50,406 nucleotides of DNA from contig JAHLWH010000066.1 in assembly GCA_019058015.1 (NCBI GenBank), positions 1-50,406 on the forward strand, written 5' to 3'. The DNA is from Promethearchaeota archaeon. GTDB taxonomy: Archaea > Asgardarchaeota > Lokiarchaeia > Sigyniarchaeales > SOKP01. Each line of letters opens with the position of its first letter. Position 1 is the first letter of the stretch. Both the position numbers and the translations under genes were made by a program. Shown here in pieces: positions 1 to 9,676 of this stretch. The notes under the pieces were generated by a model. That model was not told the origin of the DNA. It did not search any database and saw only the letters and a list, made by a program, of their open reading frames with translations.

Positions 1-330
1 CCTCTTCCTATAGATGAATTTGAAAAAGAAACAGATGGTGCGTGGGTGGGATATGATAAATTTCCTCTAAAAGCTGGAACAAAACTGTTCAAAATAATTA
101 AAGAATTTAAAAAATATTATCCAAAAATTACCTGCCCTACTCTATTAATTCAAGGAAGGTTAGATGGCGTGATTAAAACCTCAAGCATGGATAAGATTTA
201 TGGAATGATAAACTCCAAAAATAAAAGAAAATTATGGCTTGAAAATAGCGACCATCCTATTTTAAAAAATCCCGATGAAGATCTATTATTTACTGAAATT
301 CTGAATTTCGTGAAAGAGGTTACAAAATAA
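1..330 (+). CDS. Alpha/beta hydrolase (carboxylesterase-like), C-terminal part; gene starts before the window
   Basis: Frame is open from base 1 (PLPIDEFEKETDGAWVGYDKF...). It contains PTLLIQGRLDGVI (catalytic Asp region) and LENSDHPI (catalytic His), typical of esterase C-termini. Confidence 0.75.
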   Translation, partial: PLPIDEFEKETDGAWVGYDKFPLKAGTKLFKIIKEFKKYYPKITCPTLLIQGRLDGVIKTSSMDKIYGMINSKNKRKLWLENSDHPILKNPDEDLLFTEILNFVKEVTK

Positions 331-334
331 ATTT

Positions 335-997
335 TTATTTCTCCTTCAGAATTGAATAAATCACATTTGCATTTAGATCTCTAATACTTTTTAAAATCAA
401 ATATGAAACCGATATACTCTCTATCAATTTCTCTTTAATTGTAGTTCCAGTTAAAACCCCAATAAAGGGACAACCAAGCATTTCTGCGACTTTTACATCA
501 TTTGCATGATCTCCAATAACAATTATTTGCTTATTAGGAAAATTTTCTTCGAGTATCTTTTTTGTAATTGGGTCGTATTTTTTCTTCCTTTGCTCAGTTT
601 CTCCTAAATATAAATCAAAAAAGTGGTTTATCTTTAAAATTTTGAGAATTTTATGGACCATTTCATGCTTTTTTGAAGATAATACTCCTAAGAGAAAACC
701 GTTTTCTTTTAATTCTTTTAATTTTTTTCTTACACCTTTTATTAGTTTTGACTGATAAATTCCCTTCTTTCTATAAAAATCACGGAAGGTGGATATATAT
801 TTTTCAGGAGATTCATTTGTTACTTCTTTAAACATCTCATGTAAAGGAATTCCGATCATTTGCTTTATAATTTTCGGGGGAATTTTCTCTTTCTTGTATT
901 TTTCCAATGCGTAATTGAAAGAGTTAATAATTCCTTTAGTGTTTTTAATTAGTGTATTATCAAGATCAAAACTTAGATAAATATCACTATTCTTCAT
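335..997 (-). CDS. HAD-superfamily hydrolase (phosphoglycolate phosphatase-like)
   Basis: Motif I SFDLDNTL, motif II VLSSK and motif IV IGDHANDV. Start moved to the ATG at 997 (MKNSDIY) to avoid overlap with the upstream gene. Confidence 0.85.
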   Translation of the reverse strand: MKNSDIYLSFDLDNTLIKNTKGIINSFNYALEKYKKEKIPPKIIKQMIGIPLHEMFKEVTNESPEKYISTFRDFYRKKGIYQSKLIKGVRKKLKELKENGFLLGVLSSKKHEMVHKILKILKINHFFDLYLGETEQRKKKYDPITKKILEENFPNKQIIVIGDHANDVKVAEMLGCPFIGVLTGTTIKEKLIESISVSYLILKSIRDLNANVIYSILKEK

Positions 998-1022
998 GGC
1001 ATTTATTATCTTTTTTTCCTTT

Positions 1023-1916
1023 TTATGGATTATTTTCAAGGAACTTTTCAATCCACAAAATAATTTTATCGGGAGCGTCTTCTTGTAAGAAATGTGATGC
1101 ATGTTCTATTTTATGCGTTTCAATCCCTGGATATATTTTGTTCCACCAATCAATCACTCTTGGAGGAAATACTGGATCTTTTAGACCCCAAATCAATAAT
1201 TTTGGCTTATCTGCTAATACATCCAAATTCTGACGAATATGTAGCATGGCTTCGGTACTTGGATGTGAATTTCCAATAGGTATATCTCTAGGCCAAGCAA
1301 CTGCCCCAATACAGGATTCCTTGTTTGGAAATGGGGTTGTATATGCTTTTAACATTGTGAGTGTAATTTTTTCCTTATTATAAATTGCTGTTTGAAATAA
1401 TTTAGGAATTTTCTCCTTCATATTTGAAAAAAACTTTTCATATTTTCCCCTCTTTTCTAATTCATAATACCATGGTTTAGCTCCTTCTTTCATAATGCCA
1501 ATTGCTGTATTCATTATAACTAATCGTTTTACTTTCTCGGGATAATCAACTGCAAAACCAAACATTACTGGTCCGCCCCAATCCTGTCCAACAAATGTAA
1601 TATCCTTTAAATCCAAGCTAAGTAATAATTTCGTTAAATTATCAATATGTTGTTTCAATAAGTATGGTTTATCTTGCGGAACATCACTTTTACCAAAACC
1701 CATTTGATCAGGTGCTATAACACGATAATTTTTTGATAAAACTTCAATGAAAATTCGATAAAGATAACCCCAAGTCGGCATTCCGTGAAGGCAAACAATT
1801 GGCTCTCCGCTACCCTCGTCAACATAGTGCATTTGAAATCCATTAATCTCTTTAAAATTAGGCTTAAAAGGAAAAGTTCCTTCGAATGTTTCGCTTCTCA
1901 TATAATTTCTATTCAT
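1023..1916 (-). CDS. Haloalkane dehalogenase-like alpha/beta hydrolase
   Basis: MHYVDEG, LHGMPTWGYLYR, APDQMGFGKSD, nucleophile elbow GQDWGG, KDPVF and SHFLQED. Start uncertain (1925 TTG, 1916 or 1901 ATG). Confidence 0.8.
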   Translation of the reverse strand: MNRNYMRSETFEGTFPFKPNFKEINGFQMHYVDEGSGEPIVCLHGMPTWGYLYRIFIEVLSKNYRVIAPDQMGFGKSDVPQDKPYLLKQHIDNLTKLLLSLDLKDITFVGQDWGGPVMFGFAVDYPEKVKRLVIMNTAIGIMKEGAKPWYYELEKRGKYEKFFSNMKEKIPKLFQTAIYNKEKITLTMLKAYTTPFPNKESCIGAVAWPRDIPIGNSHPSTEAMLHIRQNLDVLADKPKLLIWGLKDPVFPPRVIDWWNKIYPGIETHKIEHASHFLQEDAPDKIILWIEKFLENNP

Positions 1917-1979
1917 AATAATCAAGTGTATTCTCTATCAATTAAAAGTTTATTTTTACACATTGATTTTATTAACATA

Positions 1980-3260
1980 ATGAAGGTCCATTTTAAATAT
2001 GGTAAAAATGGGTTAAATATTGAAATTCCTGATAATTTAAGCTTTACAATATTAAATGCACCAGAAGAAAAAGAAATAGTTAACCCTGTGGAAGAAATTA
2101 AAGCAAAAATAAATGACCCAATTGGAACTTTACCTTTGAAAGAATTAATTCAACGAAAAGCAAAATTTCATGAAATTTCTATCATAATTGTTATTAGTGA
2201 CGCTACAAGACCGTCTCCTTCTAAAATAATTTTAAAAGCTTTAACTGAAATATTTGAAGAAATCGGAATTAGAGATGAACAAATAAAAATTTTAATAGCT
2301 ACTGGACTTCATAGAGAAAGCAGACAAGATGAACTATTAAGAATGGTCGGTGATAATTTTCTTAAACGATTTGAAATCATTGATCACAAAGCAAATGATG
2401 AATCTACTTTAGCTTTTATTGGATATAGCAATGATAGAACACCCATTTATTTAAATACATACTATCTCGATTGTGATTTTAGAATTTTAACAGGCTACGT
2501 AGAACCTCATTTTTTTATGGGATTCTCTGGAGGGATGAAATCGATTGTCCCGGGAATAGCTGGAGAAAAAACAATTAAGGGTAATCACTCTGCCAAAAAT
2601 ATTGCTTCTCCATTTGCCCGTTTTGGAGTGTATAAAGAAAACCCACTCCATATTAATGCGGTTGAAATAGCTAAGAGAGTTGGTGTAGATTTTATGGTTA
2701 ATGTATGTATTAATGAGAATCATAATATAACTCAAATTGCCGCCGGGGATCTTGAAAAAGCTCACGAAGCTCTAGTAAAATATCAGTTAAAGCAGGTATA
2801 CCAAAAGATTAATCTACTTTATGACATAGTTATTTGCGGGAATGGAGGCTACCCGCTAGATTTAAACCTTTATCAAGCAGTTAAAAGCATGGCACTAGGT
2901 GAGATGGCTGTAAAGAAGGGGGGAATCATTATCTCTGTAAATGAATTATCTGATGGAATTGGACATGAAAAATTTAAGGAATTAATATTTTGTGGAAGGT
3001 CTCCAAAAGAGATTTACAAAGATATCATAAGTGAAAAAATTAAAGTGGCTGATCAATGGGAAATACAAATATTAACTCGAATCTTACAGAAAGCTGAAAT
3101 AATTGTTGTTTCTCAATTATCAAAAGATGAGGTTGGAAATATAGGTTTAATCCATTCAAATTCAGTTGAAGAAGCAATCGAAATGGCATTGAAAAAAATT
3201 GGACCTAATGCAAAAATACTTGTATTACCGGATGGATCACTTGTTTTACCAAAATTATAA
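1980..3260 (+). CDS. larA: Nickel-pincer-dependent lactate racemase family protein (LarA family)
   Basis: SDATRP, IATGLHR, EPHFFMGFSGGMKSIVPG, NHS and GGYPLDLNLYQAVK. Start set at ATG 1980 (MKVHFKYG). Confidence 0.88.
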   Translation: MKVHFKYGKNGLNIEIPDNLSFTILNAPEEKEIVNPVEEIKAKINDPIGTLPLKELIQRKAKFHEISIIIVISDATRPSPSKIILKALTEIFEEIGIRDEQIKILIATGLHRESRQDELLRMVGDNFLKRFEIIDHKANDESTLAFIGYSNDRTPIYLNTYYLDCDFRILTGYVEPHFFMGFSGGMKSIVPGIAGEKTIKGNHSAKNIASPFARFGVYKENPLHINAVEIAKRVGVDFMVNVCINENHNITQIAAGDLEKAHEALVKYQLKQVYQKINLLYDIVICGNGGYPLDLNLYQAVKSMALGEMAVKKGGIIISVNELSDGIGHEKFKELIFCGRSPKEIYKDIISEKIKVADQWEIQILTRILQKAEIIVVSQLSKDEVGNIGLIHSNSVEEAIEMALKKIGPNAKILVLPDGSLVLPKL

Positions 3261-3360
3261 ATTATCTTAATTGTAATTTTAATTAAATTTTAATATCTTA
3301 CACATTAAGAAGCATTATAATCCCAAATAATGTAGAAGAACAAATCTTCAGTGTAATTTT

Positions 3361-5100
3361 TTGATTGAACCATACTCAAATATTTCAGAGGAAATTTATC
3401 AACAATTAAAAGATATCGTGGGAGATGAATTTATCTCAAAAGATACTGAAATATTATGGTGTTATGCATTTGATGGTACTATATTCAAGGAAAATACAGT
3501 CCCAGAAATCGTAATTTTACCTAAAAATAAAGATGAAATATCTGAAATTATAAAAATAGCTAATAAAAATAAAATCATCGTTATACCAAGAGGGAGCGGA
3601 ACAAGTTTATCTGGCGGTCCTATATCGATTTTTGGTAGTGGAATTATACTTGATTTGAGCAGAATGAATAAAATTCTCTCAATTGATATTCCAAATAATC
3701 TCACAGTAGTTGAACCTGGTGTAATTTGTGATGATCTTAATTTCGAATTGAACAAATATGGGTACTTTTTTCCACCAGACCCGGCCTCGAGCTGTATTTG
3801 CACAATAGGAGGGATGGTTGCCAATAATTCAGGTGGAGTTCAGGCATTTAAATATGGTGTAACCAAAGATTATGTAATGTTTTTAGAAGTTGTCCTTGCT
3901 GATGGGCAAATAATAAATATTGGTTCTTCAGTTAGAAAATCAGTATCATCGTATAATTTTACTGGATTATTTGTTGGTTCTGAGGGCACCCTTGGGGTTA
4001 TTACTAAAATCGGGCTTAAAGTAATTCCCTTACCTAAATCTAGGAAAATGGGGCTTTTTATATTTGATTCAATTGAATCAATCATACAAGCAGTTATTGA
4101 GTTAAGAAAAAATGGAATTATACCGAACTTGCTCGAATTTATGGATGAAACCACAACAAAAGTAAGCTTTGAATATCTTGGTGGAGAATTTCTTTCATAT
4201 CCTAAAGGAATTGTATTATTGGCAGAAGTTGATGGGAACAAAAACCAAGTTGATTCTGATTTTACAAAATTATTTAATATTATAATGAAATATAACCCAA
4301 AATTTCACAAAATAGCAGAATCCGATGAGGAAAGAGAAGTTTTGTTAAATGCAAGGAAAGCAGCGCTACCAGCTCTCTCAAGAATTAAACCGTCATGTTG
4401 TATAGAAGATTGTACAGTTTCAATCGAAAAATTCGCTGAGTGTGTTCAAAAGATTAAGGAAATTACCGAAGAATTAAAATTAGATAATATAGAGATTGCC
4501 AATTTCGGACACATGGATGGAAATATGCACCCAACATTTTTATTTAATGAGAATAATGAATCTGATCGTAAATCACTATTAGTAGCTATGAAATACTTAT
4601 ACGAAAAAATTGTAATACCGTTAGGAGGAACAATTACCGGCGAACATGGAGTAGGTTCTGTTAAAACTCCCTTTCTCAATCTAGAATATGATAGAGAAAC
4701 TTTAAATCTAATGAGAGAGATTAAACTTTTTTTTGATCCCAATATGATCCTTAACCCAGGTAAAGGAAAAGGAGACCCTCGTATAATTAAAAGTGTAGAG
4801 TTAAATAGAAAATTAAAGATTCTTGGAGATTTAGCGTTATCTTGTATGAGGTGTGGATTCTGTATACCGCTATGCCCCTCTAAGGACTATTATAAATTCG
4901 AAGCATATACCCCAAGAGGGAGATTAAGTATATTAAATGGATTAGTCTATGGAGATTTGAAATTATCAGAAAAAGTCAATGAAATTTTGCATACTTGCAT
5001 TCTTTGTGGTGCATGTTCTGTATTATGCCCTGCAGGAGTGAAAACTTATGAAATTTTTGAGAAAGCCAGAGAATTAATACATAAAAATAAAAAATTTTAA
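3361..5100 (+). CDS. FAD-linked oxidase (GlcD / D-lactate dehydrogenase family) fused to a C-terminal 4Fe-4S dicluster domain
   Basis: PRGSGTSLSGG, FFPPDPAS, TIGGMVANNSGG, GSEGTLGVIT, GHMDGNMHP and ITGEHGVG. C-terminal CMRCGFCIPLCP and CILCGACSVLCP. Confidence 0.88.
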   Translation: MIEPYSNISEEIYQQLKDIVGDEFISKDTEILWCYAFDGTIFKENTVPEIVILPKNKDEISEIIKIANKNKIIVIPRGSGTSLSGGPISIFGSGIILDLSRMNKILSIDIPNNLTVVEPGVICDDLNFELNKYGYFFPPDPASSCICTIGGMVANNSGGVQAFKYGVTKDYVMFLEVVLADGQIINIGSSVRKSVSSYNFTGLFVGSEGTLGVITKIGLKVIPLPKSRKMGLFIFDSIESIIQAVIELRKNGIIPNLLEFMDETTTKVSFEYLGGEFLSYPKGIVLLAEVDGNKNQVDSDFTKLFNIIMKYNPKFHKIAESDEEREVLLNARKAALPALSRIKPSCCIEDCTVSIEKFAECVQKIKEITEELKLDNIEIANFGHMDGNMHPTFLFNENNESDRKSLLVAMKYLYEKIVIPLGGTITGEHGVGSVKTPFLNLEYDRETLNLMREIKLFFDPNMILNPGKGKGDPRIIKSVELNRKLKILGDLALSCMRCGFCIPLCPSKDYYKFEAYTPRGRLSILNGLVYGDLKLSEKVNEILHTCILCGACSVLCPAGVKTYEIFEKARELIHKNKKF

Positions 5101-5117
5101 AAAATTATACCTATAAT

Positions 5118-5585
5118 TTATCTTTTTTTTCTAGCTCGCATCTTTGTCTTCTCAATAAATTCAAGGCAAACTCCTAATACATCTATTGTATCAAAATAGT
5201 CCCATTTTAGATTGACAAATTGACTAGCATTAACAGATTGAAATCCCATTTCTTTCATTTTTGTTGAATATGATTCTAGATTCTCAATATATACACCATA
5301 ATGATGTAATCCCTCTTTTCCTTGCTCAATAAATTCCTTATAAATACTATCTCCATCAACCCATTGGATTAATTCTAACTCTAACATACCCAATTGGCTA
5401 AACCCTACCTTTATATCAACGATAGTGCGTTTATCTCGAAATTGGGTATCCAGATTTGGAACGTCTATAATTTGAAATTTTGGTAAACCTAGGGTTTCTT
5501 CCATCAATTTAGCTTGTTTTTCAATATTTTTATAGACATATCCCAATTGTCCAATTTTCAGTTCAGAAAATTTTATCTCTTCCAA
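5118..5585 (-). CDS. VOC/glyoxalase family protein (methylmalonyl-CoA epimerase-like)
   Basis: QLGYVYKNIE, LELELIQ, EGLHHYG and LEFIE. TTG start preceded by GGTGA. Confidence 0.8.
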   Translation of the reverse strand: MEEIKFSELKIGQLGYVYKNIEKQAKLMEETLGLPKFQIIDVPNLDTQFRDKRTIVDIKVGFSQLGMLELELIQWVDGDSIYKEFIEQGKEGLHHYGVYIENLESYSTKMKEMGFQSVNASQFVNLKWDYFDTIDVLGVCLEFIEKTKMRARKKR

Positions 5586-5717
5586 AGCATTGTCACCAAA
5601 TAAATTTTAATATTTTAATTTGGATCTTTAAAATTTTATTTTTAAATATTATTTCCCTTATACATTTAATATATTAACTTTAATTATTTTTAAGAAATTG
5701 CTATCTTAAGAACGATT

Positions 5718-6608
5718 ATGATTTGGAAAACTCGTATAAATCAGACGACAAAAACAAAATATCCTGTAATTATGGGAGCTTTTGTAGGATTAGGTAAAAC
5801 AGATTTTGCTGCTCCATTTTCTGAAGCTGGTGGCTTGGGAATTATCACTGCCTTAAATTTTAAATCTCCTAACCATCTTAAAAAAGAACTCGAAAAAATG
5901 AAAGAATTGACAGAAAAGCCATTTGGTATAAATATTTCCGTGCTTCCACCACAAGTGAAAGGAGGACATCACTTAACAGAGAAATCAAAAAACGAATATT
6001 TAGCATATATCGAGGTTGCACTTGATGAAGGAGTTAAAATTTTTACAACTTCAGCGTATCAAGCGACATTTATTGGAAAGAGAGTACATGAGGCTGGATG
6101 TTATTGGTTTCATAAGGCTGCTACAATAAAACATGCCATAAGTGCAGAAAAGGCAGATGCAGACGCTGTCACCATCGTTGGATTAGAAGGAACAGGTTTT
6201 AAAAATCCTCTTACCCAAACAACCTTGGTAAATATCACAATGGCAAGAAGGTTACTTAAAATTCCAATTATTGCAGCAGGAGGCATCGGTGACGCAAGAG
6301 GATTTTTAGGGGCTATTGCAATGGGCGCAGAGGCTGTTTGTTTTGGAACAGCGGTTATGGTATGCGAAGAAAGTCCTGCAGCATTAAAACTGAAAGAAAA
6401 ATGGATAAATGAAGATATTTTTACGGAGGATTACCACCAAAAGATTTATCATCTTAAATTAAGAGATACGGTTCTTCCTTCAATGGCTGTTGGTCATCGA
6501 AAAAAAATCATTCCTATAAAGGATTTTATCGAAGAAATTATGAATGAATCAGAAAGGATATTAAGATCTTGGGGATTCACGGCAGAAGAGTTTAATACAA
6601 TTTCCTAA
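5718..6608 (+). CDS. Nitronate monooxygenase / FabK-like FMN-dependent TIM-barrel oxidoreductase
   Basis: YPVIMGA, EAGGLGII, TEKPFGINI and PIIAAGGIGDARG. Confidence 0.82.
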   Translation: MIWKTRINQTTKTKYPVIMGAFVGLGKTDFAAPFSEAGGLGIITALNFKSPNHLKKELEKMKELTEKPFGINISVLPPQVKGGHHLTEKSKNEYLAYIEVALDEGVKIFTTSAYQATFIGKRVHEAGCYWFHKAATIKHAISAEKADADAVTIVGLEGTGFKNPLTQTTLVNITMARRLLKIPIIAAGGIGDARGFLGAIAMGAEAVCFGTAVMVCEESPAALKLKEKWINEDIFTEDYHQKIYHLKLRDTVLPSMAVGHRKKIIPIKDFIEEIMNESERILRSWGFTAEEFNTIS

Positions 6609-6716
6609 ATGTTAAACTATATAATTCTTTATTTTTTCTACGAATTCCTGAATGTATTTAATAAATTTTTTCCTACCAAAAATTTTTAAAATAAAATTTG
6701 ATCTTTAATAATAGAT

Positions 6717-7247
6717 ATGTCATCACCTCCCCCTCCACAAACTCCTAATTCAAGAAGTTCTAGGAGATTTGAAACCAGAGAAATAGTTGAAATAATAAGA
6801 AATGCGATGGAAATATATGACGATCAATGGCAACAAGAATCCAATTCAATTAGAGCGGTTCCCAGATATCAAGAGGATTATAACAAACTTACAGAGGAAG
6901 AAAAGGAAAAATTTCATGAATTCTTAGAAATGGGTTCGATTTGTCCAATTTGTAAAGCTAAAAATCATGTAAATTATTTAAAAAAATCTTATTTTAATAA
7001 AAAACCTGATAAAATAAATCTAAAAAATAATTTATTGAAATTAATGGAACAATCTAAAGATTTTAGTAAAAATATCTCAATTGGAATACCTTGCTGTAAC
7101 TGTTATAGAAAAGTTTTCAATCAAAATAAATCTAATTTAACTACATCACTGAATAGATCGAATTCGCATATGCGATTGAAGAGAGCTCTCCATTACGATC
7201 TCCAATATTTTTTAAAAATATCTAAAAAAGCTAATATTTTTAGATAA
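6717..7247 (+). CDS. Hypothetical zinc-binding protein with N-terminal polyproline; paralog of 11171..11656
   Basis: MSSPPPPQ start, CPICKAKNH and GIPCCNCY motifs, and strong similarity to the second copy. Confidence 0.75.
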   Translation: MSSPPPPQTPNSRSSRRFETREIVEIIRNAMEIYDDQWQQESNSIRAVPRYQEDYNKLTEEEKEKFHEFLEMGSICPICKAKNHVNYLKKSYFNKKPDKINLKNNLLKLMEQSKDFSKNISIGIPCCNCYRKVFNQNKSNLTTSLNRSNSHMRLKRALHYDLQYFLKISKKANIFR

Positions 7248-7442
7248 AGAGTAGGTTTAAATCATATTAGATTATTATTTTGTTTATTTTTCTCCGAGAA
7301 TTCCTAAGATATTAATTTAAGGCAAATATCCTTAAATAATTACAATTCCTTACCTTAATTTAGAAAATTACACCTTAAGAAATTTCAATGAAATTGAGTT
7401 TTTTAATGTCGGCAGGAGCAATCCTTATATACAGCAATGCGA

Positions 7443-7483
7443 TGCGTTATGTAATGAGCAATTAGGCGCAGAAGGAATTAAAA
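7443..7483 (+). repeat. 41-bp imperfect direct repeat, copy 1
   Basis: tgcgttatgtaatgagcaattaggcgcagaaggaattaaaa, 34/41 identical to 8770..8810 by manual alignment. Confidence 0.85.
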
Positions 7484-7772
7484 ACTAAAATTTATTAATA
7501 ATTTAACTCTGATTCCTCTCTAATTTAATATTAAGTTAACGGACTTGCGATCAGCATAGAGATATAAGCTAACTATAGGAGTGATCTGTTGGGTATTTTT
7601 TTAATATCTGTTTTAACATCATATATTTTATTTCCTCCTCCTTACAATTATTTTCTTTTTAGTTTTTTTTCTAGGTATTCATAATTCGAGATTTATCATT
7701 CTCCTTTTGATTTTTTGTTAGATATATAATGAGAATTGCTACATTTTCCATTTTTATTTTCACACTTTCAAA

Positions 7773-8183
7773 TTACTTACACATTTCAGTTAGTTTATTC
7801 TCAATCCAATGATCCAAACCTATTTCACATATTCTTGGAAGGTTCTTAGGGGCATTTTCAGAATGAGAAAATCGAATTTTAAATACTTGACAAGGATAAT
7901 CTTGGCACTCTGTACAGATTTTTACGCCTTGTCTTTTTCCACACTGACGAATACGACAAAGACGACATTCAAACCACATATCTTTTTCAGAACCTTGACA
8001 GCCTTCACATACCAAATTTGAAGCATCAATCTTAATTCCCAATTCTTGGCTTAAAGCTTTTGCTACTTTGGCTTTTGCACCCTTATCACCTGAGTGAACT
8101 GCTTTATAAAGATCACAATCAGTTCCACAAAAAATGCCACAATATCCTAATAATTGATACTTGTTTTTCATTTTATTTTTCAT
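7773..8183 (-). CDS. DUF3795-like cysteine-rich protein
   Basis: GYCGIFCGTDC, CEGC, CRIRQC and CTECQDYPC cysteine pattern. Confidence 0.78.
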   Translation of the reverse strand: MKNKMKNKYQLLGYCGIFCGTDCDLYKAVHSGDKGAKAKVAKALSQELGIKIDASNLVCEGCQGSEKDMWFECRLCRIRQCGKRQGVKICTECQDYPCQVFKIRFSHSENAPKNLPRICEIGLDHWIENKLTEMCK

Positions 8184-8254
8184 CTATGATGTATTTGTAT
8201 AGAGTCCAATAATATTTAAATATTTTGTATTCAATTCATAAATTGATCAAAAAA

Positions 8255-8740
8255 ATGAACATGGTCCAAGAAGAAGAAATGAAAAAAGAAAAAATAGTTG
8301 ATGATCTTGATAAACGCATCCTAGAAGAATATCAGAAAGATGCTACTATAGCTTATAGAATATTAGCCAAGAAAATTGATGTGCCCTCTTCAACAGTATT
8401 TTCACGAATTAAACAAATGAAAGAATCTGGAGTTATAAAAGGCATAATTCCCTTAGTCGATCCTATTGCTTTAGGTAAAACAACAACGGCTTGGATCCAA
8501 ATTAGTCTTGAAAATGAGGTTGATTGTTGTGAGTTCGCTGAAAAAATCGCAAAACAACCATATATAATGGAAGTATATGAAATAGCAGGAGAATGGGATA
8601 TACTTATAAAAGTTAAAGTCGAAGACAATCTTACTTTGCATAATTATACAAAAGATATTAGCACTTTGCCCGGGATTAGAAATATGGCATCAATTATTGC
8701 CTTTAAGACGGTAAAAGAGGATCCTAGAATTCCACTTTAA
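8255..8740 (+). CDS. Lrp/AsnC family transcriptional regulator
   Basis: DDLDKRIL...STVFSRIKQMKESGVIKG helix-turn-helix and EVYEIAGEWDILIKV RAM domain. Start uncertain (8225-8279). Confidence 0.9.
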   Translation: MNMVQEEEMKKEKIVDDLDKRILEEYQKDATIAYRILAKKIDVPSSTVFSRIKQMKESGVIKGIIPLVDPIALGKTTTAWIQISLENEVDCCEFAEKIAKQPYIMEVYEIAGEWDILIKVKVEDNLTLHNYTKDISTLPGIRNMASIIAFKTVKEDPRIPL

Positions 8741-8769
8741 TTCAAAGCTATAAATTATAATATGAACAT

Positions 8770-8810
8770 TGCATTATGTAATGAGCGATTAGATGCTGAA
8801 GGGTTTAAAA
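8770..8810 (+). repeat. 41-bp imperfect direct repeat, copy 2
   Basis: tgcattatgtaatgagcgattagatgctgaagggtttaaaa, matches 7443..7483. Confidence 0.85.
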
Positions 8811-9041
8811 TATGAAGCAAATATCTATTTTTAAAGCTGGGTTTAGAAACTTTATTTTGTATCTTTAACTTCAAAACATTTAATCCCTCATATCTCAAAG
8901 TATTCCAAATAATCTGTGTAATTTTTAAGTTAAAACGAAAAAAATAGTTAAAATTGATTATAGGATTAGAAATATCTCTTTGATAATAATAATCATACCT
9001 GTTTTATTACTGGTCATTTAGACTGTAAGCTTTTCAAACGA

Positions 9042-9676
9042 TCATAAAAAAACATTATAAGTAATTATCCAAAAATATGTTAAAAACTCAATTTTAAGAT
9101 TTTTAACTCTTTTCCCAAGAATTTCCTCAAATGCTTGCCTTGTTGGAAAATTCTTTAATATTTCGTATTCCCGTCCATCTTGTAACTTTCTTATTTGATA
9201 TGTGTTCCCATCATTATCAATTCGACATATTGGAATACTGCTTCCCGCTATATGACAATTGTCTATAAAGATAACAAGAGCACCTGGTTGAAGCTGGGAA
9301 TGAAATACATTGATAAAATCGCTCAATTTAGATACTAATATATGAGACCACTATGAAAACGCAAATCCAGCTGTAAAATTACCTCGAATTTTTTTCAAAG
9401 AATAGGAATCATCTTGGATAAAGGTTACTTTTTTCAATTTAATTAGCTTATTTTTTGCAATTTTAAGAACTTCATTATTTATATCAGTAGCAGTAATAGA
9501 TTTAGCAACGGAGCTAATAATTTTAGTCCAATAACCTGTTCCACATGCTATTTCAAGCACATGATGTTCATTGAGTAAATTCTTGAGTAGAATGCGAATT
9601 GTTTTTAAGTCAGTTTGTCGTTCAGGTCTTTCATAGGTCAAATCATATTCATTTGCTCGATCGGCATACTTTTCAT
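9042..9676 (-). pseudogene. Class I SAM-dependent methyltransferase, disrupted (in-frame TAG at 9353-9351 and out-of-frame start)
   Basis: The two track ORFs share one frame: ...AGFAFS*WSHILVSKLSDF.... SAM motif VLEIACGTG. The N-terminal YADRANEYDLTYERPERQ has no in-frame ATG; the ATG at 9676 is shifted by one base. Confidence 0.8.

Noticed and set aside
1785-1979. N-terminal extension of LarA in the ORF track
   Set aside because: It overlaps the divergent dehalogenase gene, and family similarity begins at MKVHFKYG (1980).
952-4742. Short opposite-strand ORFs (952, 1094, 2487, 3462, 3870, 4446)
   Set aside because: They are antisense shadows of well-supported genes with no motifs.
7569-7760. 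Minus-strand GGAGGAGG followed by short ORFs (MMLKQILKKYPTDHSYS*, MENVAIL...)
   Set aside because: Too short and without motifs; probably gene scraps.
7443-8810. CRISPR array or integron attC interpretation of the 41-bp repeats
   Set aside because: Only two copies 1.3 kb apart, no spacer periodicity, no cas or intI gene, and no clear attC inverse core. Kept only as a repeat.
9351-9353. Pyrrolysine recoding of the TAG
   Set aside because: The site looks like a Trp codon one change away, the gene has a second lesion at its start, and no pyl genes are in the window.
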